Part shown: positions 1 through 11,454 of the stretch, piece by piece
How positions within the stretch are numbered: position 1 is the stretch's first letter
How the letters are laid out: the number at the start of each line of letters is the position of its first letter
Assembly (NCBI GenBank): GCA_963735025.1
Contig: CAVTJG010000019.1
Span: 28,596-92,595, forward strand
Reading direction: 5' to 3'
From: an uncultured beta proteobacterium
GTDB lineage: Bacteria; Pseudomonadota; Gammaproteobacteria; Burkholderiales; SG8-39
DNA length: 64,000 nucleotides
Notes under the pieces: generated by a model
The model's database searches: none
What the model was told of the DNA's origin: nothing
What the model saw: the letters and a program-made list of their open reading frames with translations, nothing else
Made by a program: the position numbers and the translations under genes

Positions 1-1
1 A

Positions 2-409
2 AGCGTACTGTCAGGCGTGCCAGTCTCCGCACACCGAGACATCGAGTTTCTTGGTCTGGGAAGTCCGGACGATCTGCCTCGCCTATACCAGGAGGCCTCT
101 GTGATGGTATTACCGTCCATGTGGGAGGCCTCGGGTTACGTCATGTTCGAGGCGTGGCTGTCCGGCACACCTGTAGTTGTGACGGCTCACGGGGGCTTGC
201 CGGAATTCGTCGCCGAGGGCGTCGGCGTATTGTTCGACCCCCGCTCGACGGGCCAGGAGCCCAATAATGTTGAGGGTCTCGCGGAAGCGATTCTCGCGGG
301 CATCGCACTGTCGCAAGACCCGCGGACGCGTGCCCGCTGTCGCGAACACGCCGAGCGATATGCGTGGGAAGTGTGTGGAGCACAGTATGATCCCATCTAC
401 TCAGGCTGA
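2..409 (+). CDS. Glycosyltransferase family 4, C-terminal part (truncated by window start)
   Basis: Frame open from window edge; GT-B motif 'VLPSMWEASGYVMFEAWLSGTPVV..HGGLPE'. Confidence 0.85.
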   Translation, partial: SVLSGVPVSAHRDIEFLGLGSPDDLPRLYQEASVMVLPSMWEASGYVMFEAWLSGTPVVVTAHGGLPEFVAEGVGVLFDPRSTGQEPNNVEGLAEAILAGIALSQDPRTRARCREHAERYAWEVCGAQYDPIYSG

Positions 410-424
410 AACGATAACTTCGAC

Positions 425-1216
425 ATGCCGCTCCTCTGCAAAATCGTAGGCAAGAACAGGCGCAGTCTCCTGGTGCGCTTCCTGGCGCGCAAATGCAGCA
501 GGTTCATCGAGTGCTTCGAGAATGCGAGCAATTACGACTTCGACACCAACGGCGAGCGCTTCGTGCTAGAGACCCTCGCGACGACCCATCCCGGGTGCGT
601 GTTCGATGTCGGAGCCAATGTGGGCGAGTGGACGCTGATGGCGCACCGCTACTTTCCGTCCGCGTCCTTTCATTGCTTCGAGGTCGTTGCCGAGACGGCA
701 ATCGCTCTGCGCGAGAATACCGCCGCAGTCGACTCAATTACCGTTAATCCGTTCGGACTATCCAATCGCGCCGGCGCTGTGCGGTTAAAACGCTTCCCCG
801 AGCACAGTACTCTCGCTTCCCTCGTCGACGTTGTGCACGATTTCGCGTCCGTCGAGGACGTCGGAACGGTCCAGCTAGGTGATGACTATTGCAGGGAGCA
901 CATGATCGAGCGGATCGATTTCCTGAAGATCGATGTCGAGGCAGCAGAGTGGATGGTGCTGCAAGGGTTCGCCGAGATGCTCGCGGGCGCGCGCATCGAT
1001 GTCATACAGTTTGAGTATGGCACCGGAAGCATAGTCACCAAGTTTATGCTCAAGGACTACTATGACCTGCTTGGGACTCGCGGGTATGCGCTGGGCAAGA
1101 TTTATCCGAACTACGTCGAATTTCGCGACTATCACGCGCGGCACGAGGACTTCATGGGCCCCAATTTTCTAGCTGTGCACAGGCGCCGCAACGACCTCAT
1201 ACGGTTGCTGGGCTAA
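425..1216 (+). CDS. FkbM family methyltransferase
   Basis: 'VFDVGANVGEW' SAM motif and 'IDFLKIDVEAAE..VLQG', 'IQFEY'. Confidence 0.9.
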   Translation: MPLLCKIVGKNRRSLLVRFLARKCSRFIECFENASNYDFDTNGERFVLETLATTHPGCVFDVGANVGEWTLMAHRYFPSASFHCFEVVAETAIALRENTAAVDSITVNPFGLSNRAGAVRLKRFPEHSTLASLVDVVHDFASVEDVGTVQLGDDYCREHMIERIDFLKIDVEAAEWMVLQGFAEMLAGARIDVIQFEYGTGSIVTKFMLKDYYDLLGTRGYALGKIYPNYVEFRDYHARHEDFMGPNFLAVHRRRNDLIRLLG

Positions 1217-1234
1217 GGCGTTGAGAATCGCGAA

Positions 1235-2275
1235 TCACGCCTGCGTGCCGAGTACCCCCTCGTACAGCGCAGTGAGCGCAGCGCAATAATTGGACCACGA
1301 ATAGCGCTTGGCAAGCTCGACGTTGCGGGCTCCCATGTCGAGCATTCGCTCCGGCGCCGCCCAGATGTCGCGCACCGCCTCGATCAATTCGGTGATGTTG
1401 CCCGGGGTGACATGCCTTCCTTCGTACTCCAGCGGAAGGGTCGAAACGATCGCACACCCCGAGGCCATAGCCTCTGCGATAACAAGTCCGAACGTTTCAG
1501 CCCGCGAAGGAAATATGAACAGCTTTGCGCTTGCAAAGCACTCGTACAGTCGTGGTCCATTTTCGAACGGGATGAAATGAACGTTGCTCAATCCCGCAGA
1601 GCGCACTAGTTGCTCGTCGGGCCCCCAGCCCATAACCTTGACTCGTAGATCCGGAAGCGCCCGCGCGACGGCCATGACGTCCCGTATGCCCTTGCGGGCC
1701 TCTAGTTTGCCGACGAACAGAGCGTACTCGTCCTTTTGCGTCGCCGGCCCATAGTTCTCGAGGGCAATTCCCGGGTTTATCACCGTGCTGCGTGCCCTTG
1801 CCACTCCGATGGCCAATCCCGCCTCGCGCGAGAACTCGCTCAGGAACACGATCCGATCGAACGGCAGACGCAGCAGCATACGCTCCCAGCGCTGGAACAG
1901 AGATCCGAGGAGCGCACCCCTCATATCCACCCAGCTGCTGCCGAAGAAGCCGAGAACCGTGCACACGACCGGTTTGCCGATGCGCCGTGCCGCCAGAAAT
2001 GACGGGAGGCAGGCATGATAGGTGAACGTCTGGACCAGATCGACGCCCATGGAGGCATGCATGATCTCTCTGGCGCACAGATTCAGGCGATATGGGTGAA
2101 TCGGCAATCGGCGTATTCGAACCCCGTCCTCGGAGCAATCTGGCTGCCGGCCCGTGGACAAGACGGTCACGTCGACTCCGCTTCGCGCGAGATGGCGTGC
2201 TGTCTCCTGCACCACATACTCACCACCGCCGCGAAAGTCCGGCGGGTAGCGTTCATGGACAAGCAGCACCTTCAC
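1235..2275 (-). CDS. Glycosyltransferase family 4
   Basis: 'YPPDFRGGGE' N-terminus; 'LFVGKLEARKG'; 'FPSRAETFGLVIAEAMASG'. Confidence 0.9.
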   Translation of the reverse strand: MKVLLVHERYPPDFRGGGEYVVQETARHLARSGVDVTVLSTGRQPDCSEDGVRIRRLPIHPYRLNLCAREIMHASMGVDLVQTFTYHACLPSFLAARRIGKPVVCTVLGFFGSSWVDMRGALLGSLFQRWERMLLRLPFDRIVFLSEFSREAGLAIGVARARSTVINPGIALENYGPATQKDEYALFVGKLEARKGIRDVMAVARALPDLRVKVMGWGPDEQLVRSAGLSNVHFIPFENGPRLYECFASAKLFIFPSRAETFGLVIAEAMASGCAIVSTLPLEYEGRHVTPGNITELIEAVRDIWAAPERMLDMGARNVELAKRYSWSNYCAALTALYEGVLGTQA

Positions 2276-2322
2276 GCCGCTAGGACTGCACGCGGCCTGC
2301 GTGACGCGCGACTGCAGGTTGT

Positions 2323-3309
2323 TCAGTCCGCCGAACTGCCATTCGGGATTCCGAACAGATTCGGAATGGCGGACAACGGCAGAGCGGGCGTTCGATCAAG
2401 GTCCGCTTGGCACCTCTCGAGCACCTCGGCGACCGCCAATCCCATCGCAAGGCTTGGGTGAGAGCGCGAGGGCGCTTTGATCGCTCTGCAAAACTCCTTT
2501 AGCAGATTCGAGAGCGGCGTTCCTCCTGCGACGGGAATTACCTGTCGCGGCCCGCTGAGTGGACAGCGCATCATAAGCTTGTCCGTCGCCCGATCATCAT
2601 AGATCAGGGTGCCTTGCTCGAATGTGGCCTCGAAGACCCGCTGTTTGTGCCGCTGTATATTGCTTAGGGCGATATCTGAGACCCGTCCACGGGAGAAGTG
2701 AAGCGTAACCTCGAGAGACTCGCCCCGCCCATCCGGCAAGTGGTGTTCGCCCGTCCGCCGTGCCGAAACTTGGTCCGGCCTCTCGCGGAAGCAGTCCAAG
2801 CACATCGACACGTCGTGCGGGCCCCAGTCCCAGAGAACGCTTGCGTCGTGCCGCACGGGACCCCAGCCTCCGCCGGCGGAGCGCGTCCGCAAGAGAGGTC
2901 CGAGCGTTGCACCCATTCCACGCAGGCCCGCATACGCCGCGCTGTGAAGGTGTATATGGTCTACCATGAGGAGTACGCCTCGGGCACGCGCAGCTTCGGC
3001 GAGCGCCTTGCTCGCCGCGTACGATAGCGCCAGCGGCTTCTCTAACAGGAGCGGAATCCCCGCGTCGATTGCGACACTGGCCATCTGAGGGTGCAGCATG
3101 GGCGGCACGGCCAGGATCACTCCGTCCAGCGACTGGTCCGACGCAACTGTCCGCCAGTCTGTCGTCACCGCGCATCCCGCGGGGACAAGGTCGACGCTCT
3201 CCGGATTCGAACTTGCCAGGTGGACGAGCCGGCAGCCGTCCATCTCACCGAGTGTCGCGATGTAGCGCCTGCCCCAGCGGCCTGCGCCAATTAGCCCGAA
3301 TTGGATCAA
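2323..3309 (-). CDS. Gfo/Idh/MocA family oxidoreductase
   Basis: 'GLIGAGRWG' Rossmann motif, 'LLEKP', 'WDWGPHD'. Confidence 0.88.
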   Translation of the reverse strand: MIQFGLIGAGRWGRRYIATLGEMDGCRLVHLASSNPESVDLVPAGCAVTTDWRTVASDQSLDGVILAVPPMLHPQMASVAIDAGIPLLLEKPLALSYAASKALAEAARARGVLLMVDHIHLHSAAYAGLRGMGATLGPLLRTRSAGGGWGPVRHDASVLWDWGPHDVSMCLDCFRERPDQVSARRTGEHHLPDGRGESLEVTLHFSRGRVSDIALSNIQRHKQRVFEATFEQGTLIYDDRATDKLMMRCPLSGPRQVIPVAGGTPLSNLLKEFCRAIKAPSRSHPSLAMGLAVAEVLERCQADLDRTPALPLSAIPNLFGIPNGSSAD

Positions 3310-4568
3310 TCACTGCCCCTGACAAGCGTCAAGTCAGGGAGGGGCACAATGAACCGGCCATGGTTTCCGGCATAGCCATGATGCTTGCCGATAATTGATT
3401 CGGCGAAATTCCAAGCAAGCAGGAGCACATAATCTGGTTTGCGCTCATACAGAATATTAGGCGACAACACCGATAGGTGAATTCCGGGAGTGAACAGACC
3501 CTGCTTGATCGGGTTGTCGTCGACGATATAGTCGATAAGAGATCCATCCAGGCCATAGTGATACATCAACGTAGTGGCTTTCGCCGGTGCCCCATACGCG
3601 GCGATCGATCTCCCTTTTGCCTTAAGCCCGCGTAGCAACGCGACCAGTTCCTCTCCCCGGCGGTGAATCATCTCACCCCACAATACAAACGTCTCTGGGC
3701 GATCCAACCCAGCGGAGCGTTCAAGGTCAATCAATTTGTCGACCGTGCAGTCCTCGTTGTCCGGCACTGCCCCCGCGTAGCCGATCAGTACCCCGCCCTG
3801 GATCTCGGAGCGCTCCACGTGCGTGAGAGTCAGCCCAAGACTACCGAAGAACCTACGCAGAGGCCCGACATGGTGAAAATCGACATGTTCGTGGTAGATC
3901 GTATCGAAAAGCGTCTTGCCGTATACATCGAGCAGGTAGCCAACCTCGAACACGAAGTGACCGTCGGAATCCAAGACCGTACGGACGCCTTCCATTAACC
4001 CCCTAAGGTTATCGACGTGCGCACATACGTTGTAGGCGCATACGACCTTCGCCTTGCCATACCGCTTCCGAATGCGCTCCGCAAGTTCCACAGAGAAAAA
4101 CTCCGTGATCGTTTCTATATCGCTCTCTCGCGGAACAACGTTTGCGGCCGGGTCGACACCCAGCACACGCATGCCCGACGCTGCGAACATGCGCAGCAGG
4201 GTACCGTCATTCGAGCCGATCTCCACAACCAAGTCTCCGGACTTCAGTCCGAGCCTACTGACGATCTCGTCGCGCTGGGCGCGCAGGTGTTCGACCATGA
4301 CTGGCGAGGTGCCGGACACGTAAACGTAGTGCGAAAAAATACTCTTTGGGTCCACAATATCGAGCAATTGCAAGTGCCCGCAGTCGTGGCAGCGATATAC
4401 ATCCAGCGGGTAGACTTGCTGCGCCATGCCAGACTGCGCAGCGGACACCATGGCATTGGCCGGCGGTGTGGGCGTCAGCGATAGGACGATCGCCAACTCG
4501 CTCGATTCGCACAGCCTGCAGAGACGACGCTTGTGATGGTGTGGCAGTCTCGCGCCGTCAACTCGCAT
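3306..4568 (-). CDS. NDP-hexose C-methyltransferase (TylCIII/NovU-like, zinc-binding N-domain)
   Basis: CRLC...CHDC zinc motifs, 'EIGSNDG' SAM motif, 'FDTIYHEH', 'YGAPAKATT', 'LLAWNF'. Confidence 0.88.
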   Translation of the reverse strand: MRVDGARLPHHHKRRLCRLCESSELAIVLSLTPTPPANAMVSAAQSGMAQQVYPLDVYRCHDCGHLQLLDIVDPKSIFSHYVYVSGTSPVMVEHLRAQRDEIVSRLGLKSGDLVVEIGSNDGTLLRMFAASGMRVLGVDPAANVVPRESDIETITEFFSVELAERIRKRYGKAKVVCAYNVCAHVDNLRGLMEGVRTVLDSDGHFVFEVGYLLDVYGKTLFDTIYHEHVDFHHVGPLRRFFGSLGLTLTHVERSEIQGGVLIGYAGAVPDNEDCTVDKLIDLERSAGLDRPETFVLWGEMIHRRGEELVALLRGLKAKGRSIAAYGAPAKATTLMYHYGLDGSLIDYIVDDNPIKQGLFTPGIHLSVLSPNILYERKPDYVLLLAWNFAESIIGKHHGYAGNHGRFIVPLPDLTLVRGSD

Positions 4569-5010
4569 TTTCCCCGGAGCCGAGCAGTTTTACCCTGACG
4601 AGGTCGTCCTCGTACGAACCCTGGTCGCGAGCTTTGCCGGTTATGTTGATGAACACCGAATCGTCGAGAAACTCGACTGCGTGCTCAACCATCGGAGGCG
4701 TAAAAACCATTTGCCCCTCGCGAACAATCCGAAGCTGCGGTTCCGACGGGTCCCCTACCGGGCGATAGTAGTACTTCATTGCTCCCGTTATAACGTACAT
4801 GAAATGCGAGTCGCTTTTGTGATAGTGGTTCGCCCGTACGGACTTTGCCCTGGAGGAGATGACCTGCACACTCTGAATATGGCCATCGACCAACGTCTGT
4901 ATCTTGCCTCGCACATCTTCGAAGGGGGCAGGCAACGTGACAAATGGCGACGCGTCGGGCGGAGGTCGGTTGGTCACCGGCAATTCCCTTTCGATGGTCA
5001 GATGGCTCAC
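4558..5010 (-). CDS. Cupin-domain protein, probable NDP-sugar epimerase/isomerase
   Basis: 'FEDVRG', 'RANHYHK', 'PPMVEHA' cupin His motifs; in an operon with sugar genes. Confidence 0.75.
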   Translation of the reverse strand: MSHLTIERELPVTNRPPPDASPFVTLPAPFEDVRGKIQTLVDGHIQSVQVISSRAKSVRANHYHKSDSHFMYVITGAMKYYYRPVGDPSEPQLRIVREGQMVFTPPMVEHAVEFLDDSVFINITGKARDQGSYEDDLVRVKLLGSGENAS

Positions 5011-5093
5011 GCGGCACTAGGCCTGGGGAGCGTAAACCTCAATCTAGTTCGTATCACGTACAGTAATGCGCACTTATGAAATGCACATTGATG

Positions 5094-6035
5094 TTACACG
5101 AATCTCTTAAAATCATCGTCAAGTGCGATGCGTCGCAATTCATCCTCGAATGCGCGCGTTGGTCGCCAGCCGAGAGTCCGTAGTCGAGAATCGTCCAGGC
5201 TGTATCGAACGTCTTGACCCACGCGATTCGGAACCTGCACGAAAGCTTCGGTCTCCGCGCAGCCCAGAATGCGGGCGAGGATCCGAACCACCTCGACGTT
5301 CGGCAGTTCGGTGTCGCCACGTACGTTATACACCGCGTCCCTTTCCCCTTTGTCGATCACGGTCAGAATTGCCTGGACCGAATCCTCCACATGCAGCCAC
5401 GACCGGATGTAGCTGCCGTCACCATGCAAGAGCGCCGGTAATCCACGTCGCATGCGCCAGGCAGATTTTGGTATCAGCTTCTCCGGGTACTGGTTGGGAC
5501 CGTAGTTGTTCGTCATGCGAATAATGTTGAAGCGCAGTCCGTAGGTTCTCGCCCATCCGAGAAGAAGCATATCGGCTGCCGCCTTGGTCGAGGAGTAAGG
5601 GTTCGACGGTCGCAACGGAGATGATTCGCTGTGCTTGCCCTGAACGATGTCTCCGTATACCTCGTCCGTGCTGATCTGCACGAACAGCGGCGTTTCGAGC
5701 TGGCTCTTCGCGCGCACGAGTTCCAGGAGCCTCTGTATTCCGATGATGTTGGAATGGCAAAATTGTCGGCTATCGGCAATCGAATTGTCGACGTGAGACT
5801 CGGCTGCGAAATTCACCAGGCAATCGGATTGCGGGAGATGACCCAGGTCCGCAATATCTTCTTTGAGGTGGCGATAATTCGCGTGCGCTTTGAATTCCTC
5901 GTTCGCGAATCTGTCCGCCGCATAGTTGACGATGTCGACATTCGTTACGAAATGCCCTAGTTCGAGGCAACGCTTGACGAAATGTTTGCCGATGAATCCG
6001 AGCCCCCCGGTCACCAGAATCAGTTTGTTGGTCAT
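5094..6035 (-). CDS. rfbB: dTDP-glucose 4,6-dehydratase-like extended SDR
   Basis: 'VTGGLGFIG', 'NFAAESHVD', 'ISTDEVYG', 'YSSTKA', 'QYPEKLIP'. Confidence 0.85.
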   Translation of the reverse strand: MTNKLILVTGGLGFIGKHFVKRCLELGHFVTNVDIVNYAADRFANEEFKAHANYRHLKEDIADLGHLPQSDCLVNFAAESHVDNSIADSRQFCHSNIIGIQRLLELVRAKSQLETPLFVQISTDEVYGDIVQGKHSESSPLRPSNPYSSTKAAADMLLLGWARTYGLRFNIIRMTNNYGPNQYPEKLIPKSAWRMRRGLPALLHGDGSYIRSWLHVEDSVQAILTVIDKGERDAVYNVRGDTELPNVEVVRILARILGCAETEAFVQVPNRVGQDVRYSLDDSRLRTLGWRPTRAFEDELRRIALDDDFKRFV

Positions 6036-6398
6036 GGCGACCGCAAGCATACCGGCAACTTGCGAGCGCTCGCAAGGCTAGACCGGCACGGTGGCCGGAC
6101 AAATGTATCCTGGGCAAAGCGTCTCCTCGCGCAAAGCGGCCAGCCCGTGACGTATGACCGGTCGATTTCTCTTCGACGCCTGACAATCCTAACGCCTCCG
6201 CATGGCGTGCGGTGTCAGCTCTCACTCCCGAACGCGTCTGTTGAGAGCAGATAGTCCCATGCTCTGGCAATGGCACCTCGACAACCACAGGGCAATGCGT
6301 AAAAGCCGAATGTCTCACGGCGGTTCGGGCCTAATCTAGCCATGCGCGTGTCGAATGCGATAGCATTGTCCGTTTCTCAACGACGCAATCGAGATTAA

Positions 6399-7334
6399 TT
6401 GCTGGCACTCGTGGCATTCGTCGCGGCATTTGTCATGCGCAGAATCGGCGTGACGGCGCGCAGCGCAATTTTCAAACCCGCGTATTCGCGCAACGCCGAA
6501 TCGGCGAGTCATGGCGCCCAGGGCGATGAACTGCCAAGCCCGGAAGCTACTCAATCTCTCTCAAAGTCCCATTCCCAAGAACTTTGGAATGGGCCGGAGC
6601 GCGGATCAGATGTCTCGGCACTTCTTCTCGTATGGACGCTCTGCGCAATGCTGGTATCGGGATGCGTGGCGCCGCAGCCGTTTGGTCCTTCACCCGGTGG
6701 GGAACCCACGCGGCCGCCCACGGCTGAGTCCAGCGCGACGACGCCCTACCTCATCCAGCCGGGCGACGTACTGGAGGTCAAGTTCTACTACAACGATAAG
6801 CTGAGCGATCGAAGCCGGGTGCGCCCGGACGGAAAGATCACTCTCCAGCTAGTTGGCGACGTCCAGGCGGCCGGCCTGTCGCCCGAGCAATTGCGCAATG
6901 CTCTTCTGCAACTGTACGCGCCGCACCAGCGAACGCTCGAGATCGCCGTGATGGTCCGGGAATTCGCAGGACAAAAGATCTATGTCGGCGGCGAGGTCAA
7001 TTCACCCGGTGCAATCGACGCTTTCGGGAATCTGACCGCCATAAAGGCAATCATTGCGGCGGGTGGCCTCAAGAACTCGGCGGAAATCCGCACGGTTGTC
7101 GTGCTGCGCGAGTTGCCGGGCAAGGAACCGCTTTTTACGACCATCAATCTTGAAGAAAGCGCCAAAGATAGCGCGGGGGGCGGGTCGTTTCCATTGCGCC
7201 CCTTCGACGTCGTATTCGTACCCAAATCCTCAATTTCTCAGCTTGGGCAGTTTGTGGACCAATACTTTAATCAAATCATACCGATCACTTTCACCGTCGG
7301 TTTCAGCTGGTTCAAGGGGCTTACGAGCAGGTAG
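6399..7334 (+). CDS. Polysaccharide biosynthesis/export lipoprotein (Wza/OPX family); true start uncertain, possibly ATG 6610 with a 1-nt indel
   Basis: Lipobox LVSG-C; 'YLIQPGDVLEV', 'VRPDGKITL.LVGDV.AAG', SLBB-type C-domain. Confidence 0.85.
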   Translation: MLALVAFVAAFVMRRIGVTARSAIFKPAYSRNAESASHGAQGDELPSPEATQSLSKSHSQELWNGPERGSDVSALLLVWTLCAMLVSGCVAPQPFGPSPGGEPTRPPTAESSATTPYLIQPGDVLEVKFYYNDKLSDRSRVRPDGKITLQLVGDVQAAGLSPEQLRNALLQLYAPHQRTLEIAVMVREFAGQKIYVGGEVNSPGAIDAFGNLTAIKAIIAAGGLKNSAEIRTVVVLRELPGKEPLFTTINLEESAKDSAGGGSFPLRPFDVVFVPKSSISQLGQFVDQYFNQIIPITFTVGFSWFKGLTSR

Positions 7335-7436
7335 ATCTCGGAAATTTGATGGTCGCCCTTTGCACCAGTCGCGCCGCTTCCTTACGCCAGTTCGAGCATC
7401 TACCCCATGCTCAAGGGACGACTATCGGCATGGTAG

Positions 7437-9315
<1,879 letters not shown>

Positions 9316-9744
9316 ATGACATCAGGACCGACGATCAGCCGTTCCGTGTCGAGCTAGGCGATTGAAGCCATACATTTCATGGTTTCCGTCCCGGACGGGC
9401 GATCGGGTGCGCGACGATGGTGCTGCATGTACTCAATTGAGGTCAAGTAACCGTGACACAAGGAACGCTCAAATGTCCCACATGGGGGCGTTCTTGCTTC
9501 TCGGATGCGATCCACCTGAATTCATTTTGAAAAAGAGTGCGATCGATTGATGGTCTACTGGCAAAGCGAAGACGTACAAGATTCGGTGCTGCACGACACC
9601 ATTCGAGCGTTTGAACATGAAAAGTTAACGCATGTCCCGCGCGAAATACGCTCGCTCTCTTGGATGTTTCGCTACTATCGACGACTCGATTCCGACCAAG
9701 CGGGAACGGTCGGGCCTCCACAATCTGTACAAAGGCATCAAGCA

Positions 9745-10428
9745 ATGAAGGTCGTCATTCTTTGCGGCGGTAGAGGTACTCGCGCGTACCCATTTACCGA
9801 GCATCTACCCAAGCCCATGCTTCCCGTCAACGGACAACCGATCGTAATGCATCTCATGCGAATCTTCGCCAATCAGGGCTATAAGGATTTCATACTGTCC
9901 CTGGGTTATCGCGAAGAGGTCATTCGGGACTATTTCGACCGAAAAATGCTCGACTGGAACGTGGAGCTGGTCTCGACCGGCGTCGATACTGACACTGGTG
10001 GCCGCATCGCAAAGTGTGCCGACATGTTGGGAGACACTTTCATGGCGACGTACGCGGATGGGCTTTCGAATATCTCGATTAAAGGCCTCCACGAATTCCA
10101 TCATAGCCATAGTGGCCTGGCGACCGTCACCACGGTGCCGCTCGTTTCGCAGTATGGGCTCTTGGATGTCGCATGGGACGGTCGGGTGGAAGCCTTTCGT
10201 GAAAAGCCGACGCTCAAAGAGTACTGGATAAACGCAGGGTTCTTCGTGTTCGACCGAGCCGTTTTCGATCACTGGAAGGGCGAAAATCTGGAACGCGATG
10301 TGCTGCCAGGTCTTGCGGCTAAGGGCTTGATCTACGCGTACCGAAACGACGGGCTCTTCAAATCCATGGACACGTTCAAGGATCAAATTGACATGGAGGA
10401 ATTGGTGCAGAAGGGGAAGATTGCGTGA
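9745..10428 (+). CDS. Sugar-1-phosphate nucleotidyltransferase (glucose-1-phosphate cytidylyltransferase-like)
   Basis: 'MKVVILCGGRGTR..PKPM', 'DTGGRI', 'TYADG', 'INAGFFVF', 'MDT.KD'. Confidence 0.85.
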   Translation: MKVVILCGGRGTRAYPFTEHLPKPMLPVNGQPIVMHLMRIFANQGYKDFILSLGYREEVIRDYFDRKMLDWNVELVSTGVDTDTGGRIAKCADMLGDTFMATYADGLSNISIKGLHEFHHSHSGLATVTTVPLVSQYGLLDVAWDGRVEAFREKPTLKEYWINAGFFVFDRAVFDHWKGENLERDVLPGLAAKGLIYAYRNDGLFKSMDTFKDQIDMEELVQKGKIA

Positions 10429-10573
10429 AACCCACGGCAGGCTCCCGAAGTGCGCCAATTGCGAAGCGCAATTTAGCGGCCCATGGGCTTGAGCGTCGGG
10501 ATATCTTACCGTTGGGTGAATTGGTGCTCGAGTATTTCGCGCTAAAGTTCTAAATATCAGCGGGTTATTGCCC

Positions 10574-10589
10574 CGGCGTGGAATTTGCT
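10574..10589 (+). promoter_or_regulatory. Sigma54 (-24/-12) promoter upstream of PEP-CTERM gene
   Basis: CGGCGTGGAATTTGCT: GG-N10-GC with TTGC at -12. Confidence 0.6.
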
Positions 10590-10652
10590 TCGAAGCGTAA
10601 ATAGCACTCCGTGACGGCATACGCCGGTGCTGGGCGCTGTTACCAAGGGGGC

Positions 10653-11372
10653 ATGGAAATGGTCGAGTTCCGACGAATGGTGAAGCGCTTCATCATGCTT
10701 TCGTTGCTGATTTTTTGGACGAACGCGAACGCACTGGTCGTCCCCAATCCGGCACCGGCAGCTTTTGGTCCCGACATTCTGGGAAGCGGATATTTCAACC
10801 CGACCGGGCCCGGCATCATCTCGGTGCGAATCTCCGACACGGGATTCACACTTGGCCTGGGTGGTTCCGAATTTGGCATGTTCTTTCAGTCGGATTCCGG
10901 CACTCTGATTCCGATCTTCCTGCCTGGCACCCAGGATCCGGATCCAGCGGGCCCCAGTTCATCTCCGCCCACGGCTGCAATAGTTTTGGGTACCGGCGAG
11001 GTCTACGTCAACGGCACTTTGCAGAATACGTTTGCGCCGAGAACAGGGCCCGTAGGGTTCTATCTGGCACCGTCACCGACTCTCCAGACCGTTTTCGGGG
11101 TGAATCAGATCTTTTCCGATCCCTCCCTCAACCCCTTGGGCGAGGATATGGTCGGGACATTTCCCATCATCGGCGTTCCAGAAGCGTATCTCCTAGGCTT
11201 CGCCGTGATGGATCTAAATGACCCCACCTCTGTCGTTCCGCTAGGGTATTCCGCGGTGGTCAATCTTTCGGTGCCCGAGCCGGGCACACTGGCGCTCGCG
11301 TTCTTGGGGGTAGCGGGTGCGCTAATGCTACGTCGCCAGCGACGACTCATACCCGAATCTACTGCCTGCTGA
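10653..11372 (+). CDS. PEP-CTERM sorting-domain surface protein (start 10653 or 10677)
   Basis: Signal peptide 'KRFIMLSLLIFWTNANA'; C-terminal 'VPEPGTLALAFLGVAGALMLRRQRR'. Confidence 0.9.
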   Translation: MEMVEFRRMVKRFIMLSLLIFWTNANALVVPNPAPAAFGPDILGSGYFNPTGPGIISVRISDTGFTLGLGGSEFGMFFQSDSGTLIPIFLPGTQDPDPAGPSSSPPTAAIVLGTGEVYVNGTLQNTFAPRTGPVGFYLAPSPTLQTVFGVNQIFSDPSLNPLGEDMVGTFPIIGVPEAYLLGFAVMDLNDPTSVVPLGYSAVVNLSVPEPGTLALAFLGVAGALMLRRQRRLIPESTAC

Positions 11373-11454
11373 CCGTTCGAACGTTCCCCTTCCAGAGGAT
11401 CTAGCATGGTCATGGGCGGGCGGGCCGGCCGGCAATAAGCCAGCTCGGCTGCCC

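Noticed and set aside
9766..9776. ops-like GGCGGTAG element
   Set aside because: Lies inside the nucleotidyltransferase CDS encoding the conserved GGRG motif; no JUMPstart context.
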